A stretch of DNA of 64,000 bases from assembly GCA_002269645.1 (NCBI GenBank), contig NIVC01000106.1:248001-312000 (forward strand). The letters run 5' to 3'. Below, one piece after another: positions 1 to 11,986 of the stretch. A program made the translations under genes and the position numbers. Each line of letters starts with the position of its first letter. Within the stretch, counting starts at the first letter, position 1. Under the pieces are notes generated by a model that was given only the letters and a program-made list of their open reading frames with translations, searched no databases and was not told the origin of the DNA. The DNA is from Macrostomum lignano (Eukaryota).

Positions 1-165
1 TCCTTTCCTTCGCAATGTTTGGATTTAAATTTCTCTGTGGCCATTGGCTAGCTAGAGCAGGGAGGCTGAGGCGGTCGGGTCCGATCTCCATCAAAATAGA
101 TACAAGACATCTAGACAGGAGCTCGCGAACGCGCCTTCATCGCTCATTTTCACCCAAGTCACATA

Positions 166-249
166 TCAATCAATCGATCAATCAATCAATCAATCAATCG
201 ATCGATCGATCAATCAATCAATCGATCAATCAGTCAATCAGTCAATCAA
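166..249. repeat. (TCAA)n microsatellite directly abutting the GPCR ATG
   Basis: Direct reading of tcaa/tcga tetramers ending at ATG 249. Confidence 0.95.
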
Positions 250-3200
250 TGGACGAGAAACTCCCGGACAGCGAGCGGCACCTTAGACTGGGCCTGCTGA
301 TTCTGTACGGCCTCGTTGGCGCGGTGGCCATCGCGGCCAATGCCGGTTTGGGGCTCGCCATCTGGCTCAGCCGTCGAGACCGTCAGCGGCCGAGGACGCA
401 GGCTCTCCTAGCCAACCTCTGCCTGTGCGACCTCTGCATCAGCGCCATCGTCCTGCCGGTCACCGCGTTGAGCTTCGCCGACCTGCGCTGGCACCTGGGC
501 GCGGTACTCTGTCCGCTGGTCCAGTTCGCCAGCTGCTCCGTGATGTTCGCCTCGGTGTTCACCTTGGCCTCGGCCAGCCTGGTTGAAGGATTCGGGTTAG
601 GAGACAGTTTTGCCGCAGCGGCTGCGGCAGCAGGAACCAGCGGATGCGGCAGCGTCGGCAATAGCAGCGGAGTCGAAGGCGGGGCTGGCAGCGGCGTCAG
701 CGTTCGAGACGGGAGTTCCAGCAGATGGCATCGGTTTTGGAGCTCACGAGGGTGCGTGCGATGGTTTGTACCTGTTAGATAGGGGTGTCCGGGTGTGTTA
801 CCTGTTAGATAGGGGTGTCCGGGTGTGTTACCTGTTAGATAGGGGTGTCCGGGTGTGTTACCTGTTAGATAGGGGTGTCCGGATGTGTTACCTGTTAGAT
901 AGGGGTGTCCGGGTGTGTTACCTGTTAGATAGAGGTGTCCGGATGTGTTACCTGTTAGATAGAGGTGTCCAGATGTGTTACCTGTTAGATAGGGGTGTCC
1001 GGGTGTGTTACCTGTTAGATAGAGGTCTCCGGATGTGTTACCTGTTAGATAGGGGTTTCCGGTGTGTTACCTGTTAGATAGAGGTGTCCAGATGTGTTAC
1101 CTGTTAGATAGGGGTGTCCGGGTGTGTTACCTGTTAGATAGAGGTCTCCGGATGTGTTACCTGTTAGATAGGGGTTTCCGGTGTGTTACCTGTTAGATAG
1201 GGGGGTCCAGGTGTGTTACCTGTTAGATAGGGGTGTCCAGGTGTGTTACCTGTTAGATAGAGGTGTCCGGGTGTTAGCTGTTAGATAGAGATGTCCGGGT
1301 GTGTTACCTGTTAGATAGGGGTGTCTGGGTATGTTACCTGTTAGATAGAGGTGTCCGGTGTGTTAGCTGTTAGATAGGGGTGTCTGGGTATGTTACCTGT
1401 TAGATAGAGGTGTCCGGTGTGTTAGCTGTTAGATAGAGGTGTCCGGGTGTGTTACCTGTTAGATAGAGGTCTCCGGGTGTGTTACCTGTTAGATAGAGGT
1501 GTCCGGGTGTTATCTGTTAGATAGAGGTGTCCGGGTGTGTTACCTGCTAGATAGAGGTGTCCGAATGTGTTACCTTTTAGATAGGGTGTCCGAGGGTGCT
1601 ATATGTTAGACAGATTGTGTAACCTATGAGACAATAGTCCCTGTACAATATCTCTCTGTAAAAGCTTAGCAGAAATCATTAACCAACGAATTCCATTCGC
1701 AGTTTTTCCGGCATAAAATGGATCGCCTGTCTGTGGCTTCTGTCCGGGCTTTTTGCCGCCCCTAATGCGGTTAATTACCGAATCGAGTTTTGCAACGACA
1801 GGTGCGTGTTTTAAGACACTTATAAATATGCAGCAACAGGCACGGCCCAAATGGAATCCGGGGAGTGGGGTGGCTGTTTAAATGAAGCCTGGGGAGTGGG
1901 GTGGTTGTCCAACTGACGCTCGAGGAGTGGGCTGGCTGTCCAACTGATGCCCGGGGAGTGGGGTGGCTGTCCAACTGACGCTCGAGGAGTGGGCTGGCTG
2001 TCCAACTGATGCCCGGGGAGTGGGGTGGCTGTCCAACTGACGCTCGAGGAGTGGGCTGGCTGTCCAACTGATTCCCGGGGAGTGGGGTGGTTGTCCAACT
2101 GACGCTCGAGGAGTGGGCTGGCTGTCCAACTGATGCCCGGGGAGTGGGGTGGTTGTCCGACTGATGCCCGGGGAGTGGGGTGGTTGTCCAACTGATGCCC
2201 GGGGAGTGGGGTGGCTATCCAACAGACTTAAAGTGTCTCCCCTGGTTAGTCTTATCCGCCTCAGAGCTACAATGGGCTTCTTTAGTCCTTTTTGAAATCC
2301 CTTCTTGATCAAGCAGAGTTTATTTAAAAAGGCAGAAGATGCAGAGGCAACATGACTTGGATGCTGCCTCTCGAGTTTCAAAGGTGAATTGAGAGAGGGG
2401 AGTAAATAAGGACAATGAAAATAAATCAAAGTGAATCTGAGCCAGCTTAGCCGGGAACTTAAATCAGGATTTCTTCTGTATCGACTTCGAAAATTGACAA
2501 AAAATGAATATTTTCTTAATCAAGTAGTCGGTGTCTAAATCAAGGGGATTTAGATTTAATCTTTACCTTTTCCTATCGGATCTACTCCCTCTATCGTTTA
2601 GCCGCTCCTTCCATCACCTATCCGCTCCCTCCATCACTTATCCGCTCCCTCCATCACTTATCCGCTCTCTCCATCACTTATCCACTCTCTCCATCACTTA
2701 TCCGCTCCCTCCATCACTTATCCACTCTCTCCATCACTTATCCGCTCCCTCCATCACTTATCCGCTCCCTCCATCACTTATCCGCTCCCTCCATCACTTA
2801 TCCACTCCTTCCATCACCTATCCGCTCCCTCCATCACTTATCCGCTCCCTCCATCACTTATCCGCTCTCTCCATCACTTATCCACTCTCTCCATCACTTA
2901 TCCGCTCCCTCCATCACTTATCCACTCTCTCCATCACTTATCCGCTCCCTCCATCACTTATCCGCTCCCTCCATCACTTATCCACTCTCTCCATCACTTA
3001 TCCGCTCTCTCCATCACTTATCCGCTCTCTCCATCACTTATCCGCTCTCTCCATCACTTATCCGCTCTCTCCATCACTTATCCGCTCTCTCCATCACTTA
3101 TCCGCTCTCTCCATCACTTATCCACTCTCTCCATCACTTATCCACTCTCTCCATAACTTATCTGCTCTCTCCATCACTTATCCGCTCTCTCCATCACTTA

Positions 3201-6156
3201 TCCGCTCCTTTCATCACGTATCCGCTCCTTCCATCACTCATCCACTCTCTCCATCACTTATCCACTCTCTCCATAACTTATCCGCTCTCTCCATCACTTA
3301 TCCGCTCTCTCCATCACTTATCCACTCTCTCCATCACTTATCCGCTCCCTCCATCACTTATCCGCTCTCTCCATCACTTATCCACTCTCTCCATAACTTA
3401 TCCGCTCTCTCCATTACTTATCCGCTCTCTCCATCACTTATCCGCTCCCTCCATCACTCATCCGCTCTCTCCATCACTTATCCGCTCCCTCCATCACTTA
3501 TCCACTCCTTCCATCACTTATCCGCTCCCTCCATCACTTATCCACTCCTTCCATCACTTATCCACTCTCTCCATCACTTATCCGCTCCCTCCATCACTTA
3601 TCCACTCTCTCCATCACTTATCCGCTCTCTCCATCACTTATCCGCTCTCTCCATCACTTATCCGCTCTCTCCATCACTTATCCACTCTCTCCATCACTTA
3701 TCCGCTCTCTCCATCACTTATCCGCTCTCTCCATCACTTATCCACTCTCTCCATAACTTATCCGCTCTCTCCATCACTTATCCGCTCTCTCCATCACTTA
3801 TCCGCTCCCTCCATCACTCATCCGCTCTCTCCATCACTTATCCGCTCTCTCCATCACTTATTCGCTCCTTCCATCACGTATCCGCTCTCTCCATCACTTA
3901 TCCACTCTCTCCATCACTTATCCACTCTCTCCATAACTTATCTGCTCTCTCCATCACTTATCCACTCTCTCCATCACTTATCCACTCTCTCCATCACTTA
4001 TCCGCTCTCTCCATCACTTATCCGCTCTCTCCATCACTTATCCGCTCTCTCCATCACTTATCCACTCTCTCCATCACTTATCCACTCTCTCCATCACTTA
4101 CCCGCTCTCTCCATCACTTATCCACTCTCTCCATCACTTACCCGCTCTCTCCATAACTTATCTGCTCTCTCCATCACTTATCCGCTCTCTCCATCACTTA
4201 TCCGCTCTCTCCATCACTTATCCGCTCTCTCCATCACTTATCCACTCTCTCCATCACTTATCCGCTCTCTCCATCACTTATTCGCTCCCTCCATCACTTA
4301 TCCGCTCCCTCCATCACTTATCCACTCTCTCCATCACTTATCCGCTCCCTCCATCACTTATCCGCTCCCTCCATCACTTATCCGCTCTCTCCATCACTCA
4401 TTCGCTCTCTCCATCACTTATCCACTCTCTCCATCACTTATCCGTTCTCTCCATCACTTATCCGCTTAAACTGAAGCCTCAGTCACTGCAACTCCCGCTT
4501 AAACTGAAGCCTCAGTCATTGCAACTCGAGCTCAACCTGAAGCCCCAGTCACTGCAACTCCCGCTTAACCTGAAGCTCCAGTCACTGCAACTCCCGCTTA
4601 ACCTGAAGCTCCAGTCACTGCAACTCCCGCTTAACCTGAAGCTCCAGTCACTGCAACTCCCGCTTAACCTGAAGCCCCAGTCACTGCAACTCCCGCTTAA
4701 CCTGAAGCCCCAGTCACTGCAACTCCTGCTTAACCTGAAGCCCCAGTCACTGCAACTCCTGCTTAACCTGAAGCCCCAGTCACTGCAACTCCTGCTTAAC
4801 CTGAAGCCCCAGTCACTGCAACTCCTGCTTAACCTGAAGCCCCAGTCACTGCAACTCCCGCTTAACCTGAAGCCCCAGTCACTGCAACTCCCGCTTAACC
4901 TGAAGCCCCAGTCACTGCAACTCCCGCTTAACCTGAAGCCCCAGTCACTGCAACTCCCGCTTAACCTGAAGCCCCAGTCACTGCAACTCCCGCTTAACCT
5001 GAAGCCCCAGTCACTGCAACTCCCGCTTAACCTGAAGCCCCAGTCACTGCAACTCCCGCTTAACCTGAAGCCCCAGTCACTGCAACTCCCGCTTAACCTG
5101 AAGCCCCAGTCACTGCAACTCCCGCTTAACCTGAAGCCCCAGTCACTGCAACTCCCGCTTAACCTGAAGCCCCAGTCACTGCAACTCCCGCTTAACCTGA
5201 AGCCCCAGTCACTGCAACTCCCGCTTAACCTGAAGCCCCAGTCACTGCAACTCCCGCTTAACCTGAAGCTCCAGTCACTGCAACTCCCGCTTAACCTGAA
5301 GCCCCAGTCACTGCAACTCCCGCTTAACCTGAAGCCCCAGTCACTGCAACTCCCGCTTAACCTGAAGCCTCAGTGACCGCAACTCCCGTCTCTTCCCTTC
5401 TCTTCTCTTCCCCTGTCCAGCAACCCGCACGCCACCTACGAGCTGACGCCCGCTGAAGAGTCGCAGAGCTGCCAGCTGTGCTCCGAGAGCTGGAGCCGCA
5501 GTCTCCGCTTGCTCGGCCTGCAGGCCAACCGCAACGAAGACGCCGCTCGAAGCGGCTACGCCTCCCTAACTGCCGTCTGTCTGCTGCTGCTGCCCACACT
5601 GGCCATCGGCACCGCTCACTGCCGGATCTACCAGCGCCTGTCGGGTCTGGTGCACCGACGCCAGACCGAACTGCGGCTTCAACTGCTTCGCGGCGACCCC
5701 ACGGCCGACACGGCTGCTGCAGCGGAATCGGCGGTCGATTTCCGGATGCGGCGGGCTCGATGCATCTACCGCGCGTCAGTTGTCATGGTGCTGGTGTTCG
5801 TCCTGTTCTGGGCGCCGCTGCACCTGTACAACCTGTTCGCCGACACCCTGATGAACCAGCTGATCAAGCTGAACACCAGCCTGGAGTTCTTTATCGTTGC
5901 TAAGAATGTCTACCAGGTGTTCATGTGTCTGGCACTCACTAATTCGGCCGCTAATCCATTCTTTCTATTTGCCATGCATTCCGTCTATCGGAGGTCGTTA
6001 GTTCGAATCTGCTGCCGCTGTCTACGTAATGGAAGAGAGGCGGCTGTTGATAGCAATTGCGAGGAAGTCATCAACAATGACACCGCGGATGCGGATGCAG
6101 AGCTGCTGCCGCTGCGTCCGATTGAGACTGGGTCGGCCGGGAGGGGATCCGAGTAA
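249..6156 (+). CDS. Class A (rhodopsin-like) GPCR, peptide-receptor-like, 445 aa; exons 249-751, 1703-1801, 5421-6156
   Basis: TM1 (LYGLVGAVAIAAN), TM2 (LANLCLCDLC..VLP), WHLGAVLC-TM3 in exon 1. A 99-nt exon not in the ORF track encodes TM4 (KWIACLWLLSGLFAAP). Exon 3 has ECL2 C-x-E-x-W, TM5, TM6 (VLFWAPLH) and TM7 (NSAANPFF). Donors GTGCGT at 752 and 1802, acceptors CAG at 1702 and 5420, all phase 2 and in frame to TAA 6154-6156. Confidence 0.9.
766..1590. repeat. 30-bp minisatellite (CCTGTTAGATAGGGGTGTCCGGGTGTGTTA) filling GPCR intron 1
   Basis: Tandem units visible; produces the spurious CYLLDRGVRV ORF. Confidence 0.95.
1860..2225. repeat. ~31-bp minisatellite with two alternating variants (62-bp dimer), GPCR intron 2
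   Basis: GGAGTGGG(G/C)TGGCTGTCCAACTGA units; dimer period seen at 1921 and 1983. Confidence 0.9.
2580..4466. repeat. 20-bp minisatellite (TCCGCTCTCTCCATCACTTA), GPCR intron 2
   Basis: About 94 tandem units visible. Confidence 0.97.
4466..5380. repeat. 33-bp minisatellite (CAGTCACTGCAACTCCCGCTTAACCTGAAGCCC) ending at the polypyrimidine tract of GPCR exon 3
   Basis: About 27 near-identical units; directly abuts the 20-bp array. Confidence 0.97.
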
Positions 6157-6386
6157 GAGGCTGCTGCCGCTGCGTCCTAACACTGAAGGAAATGAATGCG
6201 TTTCATAATCTGGAAATTTCACATCGTCGAAAGACAGCGGCTTTTACAAGCTTGAAACTTTAAACTAAGTTTGAAGATTTATTGGAGCTTATGAATTAAT
6301 TGCCATCTTTGACGATGCGATATTTGACCAGGGGCTCGGCAAACTTCTCCATCCGGTCTTGGATGGCCTTTTTAAACTTCACATTT

Positions 6387-6983
6387 GCAATCCGGCCCGC
6401 TCAAGGCTCGGGTCCAACCTCTCTTCTCTTCTCCTCTCCTCTCCTCTCCTCTCCTCTCCTCCCTTCTCCTCTCCTCTCCTCTCCTCTCCTTTCCTCTCCT
6501 CTCCTCTCCTCTCCTCTCCTCTCCTCTCCTCTCCTCTCCTCTCCTCTCCTTTCCTCTCCTCTCCTCTCCTCTCCTCTCCTCTCCTCTCCTCTCCTCTCCT
6601 CCCTTCTCCTCTCCTCCCCTCTCCTCCCTTCTCCTCTCCTCTCCTCTCCTCTCCTTTCCTCTCCTCTCCTCTCCTCTCCTCTCCTCTCCTCTCCTCTCCT
6701 CTCCTCTCCTCTCCTCTCCTCTCCTCTCCTCTCCTCTCCTCTTCTCTACTCTCCTCTTCTCTCCTCTCCTCTTCTCTCCTCTCCTCTTCTCTCATCTCCT
6801 CTCCTCTCCTCTCCTCCCTCTCCTCTCCTCTCCTCTCCTCTTCTCTCATCTCCTCTCCTCTCCTCTCCTCCCCTCTCCTCTCCTCTCCTCTCCTCTCCTC
6901 TCCTCTTCTCTTCTCTCCTCTCCTCCCCTCTCCTCTTTCCTCCTCATCTGGCAAGCAGTCATGCGCTAGGTTTTCTATCTGGC
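6387..6983 (+). mobile_element. Putative dispersed element with (CTCCT)n core and conserved flanks, copy A
   Basis: 5' flank GCAATCCGGCCCGCTCAAGG and 3' flank GCAGTCATGCGCTAGGTTTTCTATCTGGC recur at other loci in the window. Confidence 0.6.
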
Positions 6984-7874
6984 TTTTGAGTCTGGCTTTG
7001 GCTTACACCGCCTGATAACAAGAAAGTCTGAGATCGGATTTACAGTACTGTATATGCTGTCTGCTAGCGTCTCTGTGTGCATGCACGGATGTGCCTGTGT
7101 TTGCGCTTGATTGTTGTCTCAACATCCTCATCAGATTAGAGTTACGGGCTAGTACTCAAAAATCAACCTGCAACTCGCGTGATAATTAATTGGTTTTTTT
7201 GCAAACTCATCGCAACATTCGCGTGTGTGTAACTTTTGAATTTTGTCAATCGAAGGTCACCGAAGACCCCTGGGAACATGGGTAGCAAACAACCAGTTCT
7301 ATAGGGAACTCCATAGGCCGTAATATGAGGCGAAGAGAGGATTAAAAGGTGCAGCAAAGTAGAATTACAAACTGTGTGAGCACATGCCAATTAGAAGGCA
7401 AGGTTTTCGTCATCATCACTGAGCAGTCTGTTTAGTTACGAGTAATTACAGCAAGTACTTTTTTGTCTTAAGTCTGCGTTGATTCAGCGTCCTCTTGTCT
7501 GTTTTGTTTGAAGCGGTCTGTAACCATGACAACACCTGTGTTTTATTGTATTCGGTTGTGCTGAAGATCCATGTTGAGTAACAGTTGAAATATATATAGC
7601 TTTAAGAAGCAGCTTCTATGTGTTAATAATAATACAAGTTCCTTTTCACAAGACTATTCTTCCCTCTGATAAACTCACGGATGTTGTGAGCTAAGATTGA
7701 ACTAAAGATTAAAAAGCCCTCTGCAATCAAGAAAAAGGCTTACCTGAATAACATTTTATGCTCTGCTTTAATACCATGGATTTTATGGTTGGGGACAAAG
7801 CCAAGAATTCTACATTACATGTTACACATGACTAAATTCCTACATGTACATAAATTTCAGAATCGGTGTTGTCA

Positions 7875-8117
7875 ACGCTTTTTTGGCACCGCAGGCCCAC
7901 AGGCACTCGTTATAGTGCCACAGGTCCTCATTTTGGCGCCGCAGGCACTTATTTTGGCGCCGCAGGCACTCATTTTGGCGCCGCAGGCACTCATTTTGGC
8001 GCCGCAGGCACTTATTTTGGCGCCGCAGACACTCATTTTGGCGCCGCACGCACTCATTTTGGCGCCGCAGGCACTCATTTTGGCGCCGCAGGCACTCATT
8101 TTGGCGCCGCAGGCACT
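7875..8117. repeat. 21-bp minisatellite (ATTTTGGCGCCGCAGGCACTC)
   Basis: About 10 tandem units; followed by a G/C-run region (8150-8245) resembling a MITE subterminal end. Confidence 0.9.
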
Positions 8118-9065
8118 ATGTTTTGTCGCCCTGAAGCAAAACTATTTCCATAACGGGTCACCAGGTGGGGTGGGGGTGGTACAAAGCATTGGATGTCCCC
8201 CCATAGCTTTTACTGAGGGGACATGTCCCCTCTGTCCCCCCCCCCCGGGTGGCGAAGCCCATACTACTACTACCTGCATCTATGAAGCCATGCGTACAAA
8301 GCCAAAAATACATTTACAAATTTAAAGTACTTGCAGAACTTTTATGCAAATACTGATGCAAGTTTATTTCTGCTAATTCTCGTTAATTAGCATCTAATTA
8401 CCCTTAAATCAGACAGGAAAATGGCAGCAGAGACGAAAAGGGGACGCAATCTATTTATTTACAGCAGCCGAAAGTTACGATAGAGACAATCAATTAACGT
8501 GCAGTAACTTCAATAAAGTCAAAGTATTATTACTCACTGTAATCTAAATGCTTGTGCTTGTTTCTTGTTACAATCGTTAGACTAAATAAGTGAAGCGATT
8601 ACAGTATGTACAGATCGGGTTGGCACTGCATCAAAAAAAATATTACTGGATTCAACAGCGATGAATAGGATTGAGGGACTTTGCCCGCACGACACCAACC
8701 CAGGCAAACAATAGCAGACCGCTTCGATCAGAAAAGGGGTTGAAACACCTCGTTTCAATCAATTCTTTTCATCCATTAAGCCTCACCCATCTCACATCCG
8801 TTGATATATAATTAATAGGCCACTTGGCGCTGGGCTAAAAATGACGACATAAGGCTGTGTGCACCCTGGCGCACTTTAAGCGACATTGTCGAACAACCGG
8901 CGAGAGGCATTACTGCCCATTCCGCCGACTCCCCTTAAGGTTTGAGTCCGGAAGAAGAGAAACGGGAACAAATAATGCTAAGATAAAAAGTACAGGTGTT
9001 AGATAGAACTGAAGATTTATGGACTTAAAACAAGAGGACTTTCTAGAACGGAAATATGAACCATG

Positions 9066-11986
9066 TCAGCTGGCTGTCAATTCAGCTTCCTTTATTCCGT
9101 TTGCCTGTCCAGCCTTTCCAACTGAAGCTTGTCGCCTGCAATGGGTATAACACACGGAGCGGGTGTGGCAAGTTCAATTTCAATCCAGAGCTGCTTGTGG
9201 CTCGCTCGTCCCCGTCTATCGAGACATTTCCTTGGTCTATCATGGGGAACTCAGCCTTTAAGCTTAGGGCTGTATTGGCCAAGTGCTAGTTCGTAATTGA
9301 ATTAACATTATCCAGTTCAGTGTAGTCTCAAGGGGAAAGACTTGAGCAATGTAGAAAAGCAGAATACCCAATTTTCTCCGCTTTATCCAATTTGTAAAAC
9401 TTCATTTATGAAATGCAGGTAACAGCTTAGACCTGCAAACATGCTGTTCGTGTCGTGCATCATGCTAGCATCGCACTATCAATGTTTAACTGGCCGAACT
9501 CACCTTAACTCTTTGCTTCTTTTCGACTGCTTATTCTTTGGCGGCGGCGGAGGTGGCGGCGACGGCGAAGACGCGGAATGCGACGGTTCACCGGCCGCTG
9601 CCTCCTCCATGGACTTGATGCTCTCGTAGGTGTGCGACTGGGCTGACTCGGACAATATCGCGTTTTCCTTTGAAGGCGGTGGCGATGTTGAACTGCTTGC
9701 ACCGGAAAATCCCTCGTCTTCAATGTTCTCTTCGTCCGCATCGTAATGATTTACCTGTGCCGAGGGGAAACGGCACTTAATTGTGCAAAGCTAAAGTGTT
9801 TGCATTTGACAGTGACAGTGTCTGTCCCAGGGGGCCAAATAGACAACCTAGAGAATGACTGCGAGGCGGGGGGGGGAGAGGAGAGGGAATAAAGAAGAGA
9901 GAAGGGAGATAAGAGAAAGGAGAGGCGAGAGGAGAGAGCAGAGAAGAGAGAAGCGAGGAGAGAAGAGAGAAGAGAAGAGAGGAGAGAAGAGAGGAGAGAG
10001 AAGAGGAGAGGAGATGATAGAGAAGAGAAGATAGGAGAGAAGATAGGAGAGAAGAGAGGAGAGAAGGGAGATAAGAGAAAGGAGAGGCGAGAGGAGAGAG
10101 CAGAGAAGAGAGAAGCGAGGAGAGAAGAGAGAAGAGAAGAGAGGAGAGAAGAGAGGAGAGAGAAGAGGAGAGGAGATGATAGAGAAGAGAAGATAGGAGA
10201 GAAGATAGAAGAGAAGAGAGGAGAGAAGGGAGAAGAGAAGAGAGGAGAGAAGAGAGGAGAGAGGAGAGGAGATGAGATGAAAGAAGAGAGGAGATGATAG
10301 AGGAGAGGCGAGAGGAGAGAGGACAGAAGAGAGAAGAGAGGAGAGAAGAGAGAAGAGAAGAGAGGAGAGAGGAGAGAGGAGATGATAGAAAAGAGAAGAT
10401 AGGAGAGAGGAGAGAGGAGATGATAGAAAAGAGAAGATAGGAGAGAAGATAGGAGAGAAGAGAGGAGAGAAGAGAGGAGAGAAGAGAGGAGAGAAGAGAG
10501 GAGAGAAGAGAGGAGAGAGGAGAGGAGATGAGATGAAAGAAGAGAGGAGATGATAGAGGAGAGGCGAGAGGAGAGAGGACAGAAGAGAGAAGAGAGGAGA
10601 GAAGAGAGAAGAGAAGAGAGGAGAGAGGAGAGAGGAGATGATAGAAAAGAGAAGATAGGAGAGAGGAGAGAGGAGATGATAGAAAAGAGAAGATAGGAGA
10701 GAAGATAGGAGAGAAGAGAGGAGAGAAGAGAGGAGAGAAGAGAGGAGAGAAGAGAGGAGAGAAGAGAGGAGAGAGGAGAGGAGATGAGATGAAAGAAGAG
10801 AGGAGATGATAGAGGAGAGGCGAGAGGAGAGAGGAGAGAAGAGAGAAGAGAGGAGAGAAGAGAGAAGAGAAGAGAGGAGAGAGGAGAGAGGAGATGATAG
10901 AAAAGAGAAGATAGGAGAGAAGATAGGAGAGAAGAGAGGAGAAAAGAGAGGAGAGAAGGGAGGAGAGAAGAGAGGAGAGAAGAGAGGAGAGAAGAGAGGA
11001 GAGAGGAGATGAGATGAAAGAAGAGAGGAGATGATAGAGGAGAGAAGAGAGGAGAAAAGAGAGGAGAGAAGAGATTAGAGAGAAGAGCGCTGAGAAGAGA
11101 TAGAAACCTTGAGCGGGCCGGATTGCTATTGCAAAGTTTCAAAAGACCCCAGGGCCGAATGAAGATGCTCCGCGGGCAGGAGTCTGCCGAAACCTGATTG
11201 TCTGTCTAATTGAATTTGCACTTTCCATAGCCACAAGCAGTAGTAACAGTAATAGCATCTCTGCGTACTAATCACACAATGCCGAAGACTTTAAGTCACA
11301 ACCCCAACCCCTAAGACAGACGAGAATGATCCTGCTGTGATAGGGTAGCAATGTTGAGCTACGGTACGGTAATGGTACGCTCGTACATTTTATATGAGAG
11401 GTGCTGCTCCTGCACAGTCTCAGCACTCACAGTAGACAGCAGCAACAACAACAACAAAGTACACTGGATAGTCTCTAGTGTCACAGGGCGCGTCTCAAGG
11501 CCACAGCAGCGCTTTATCTATTCCTCTTCCCATACTGAGCCGGGATGCTGGGATTCAGCTATGAGTTAATTAACTCACTTGAGCAGTGGTCCGGACAGTT
11601 GTCGAGCTGCCTGAGGTTTCATCTTCATCAAGAAACGTCTCCGGCAGGCTGTCAATCAGCAGCATGACAAAATTTCTGCGCTCCGACTCCGTTGAGGCCT
11701 GCGAGTCGAAACTCTCCAGTCGGAATTTGACGCGGCTACGAGAGGGCCGGAGACGAACTGAACTAGACGACTTGCGACGCTGCCGATCTGTAGTTTGCAT
11801 GCAGTGCCGATACCTCACAGCCAGCTCCTCGTCATCAATCTGCATCCGAGCTTCGTAGTCGTCTCCGGTACTTGGCTTCTGCCGATGATGGCCAGGCTCT
11901 GAATTAGGGTCCATAGCCACCTCGAAGCTGTATCCGGAGCTCCGCTTGCTGCGCCCGCCAGCGCACGACGCTAAATGGTTGCCCAT
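9066..11986 (-). CDS. Orphan disordered protein, 242 aa, N-terminal MGNHLASC motif; exons 11986-11579, 9754-9504, 9135-9066
   Basis: ATG 11986. GTGAGT donors after 11579 (phase 0) and 9504 (phase 2); CAG acceptors before 9754 and 9135 with matching phases; TGA at 9068-9066. Acidic, Ser- and Pro-rich; no domain recognised. Confidence 0.75.
9834..11126 (-). mobile_element. Microsatellite-cored dispersed element, copy B (inverted), in intron 1 of the orphan gene
   Basis: 11107-11126 is the exact reverse complement of copy A's 20-nt 5' flank; 9834-9862 matches the 3' flank with about 5 mismatches in 29 nt; GA-rich core lies between. Confidence 0.6.

Noticed and set aside
2531-5376. Long ORFs of 541 aa and 285 aa in GPCR intron 2
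   Set aside because: They are translations of 20-bp and 33-bp tandem repeats inside an intron with verified phase-matched borders.
7163-7780. 75-aa minus-strand ORF and a CAG|GTAAGC donor-like site near 7741
   Set aside because: I could not assemble a consistent coding structure or recognise a domain; left unannotated.
6300-11142. S/L/P-rich and E/R/G-rich ORFs (6300-7015, 9751-11142) and similar ones at 25144-25720, 29001-29900 and 36061-37422
   Set aside because: They are translations of CT/GA or CTGT microsatellites; only the TMEM205-derived first 40 codons of 25157-25720 are real coding sequence.
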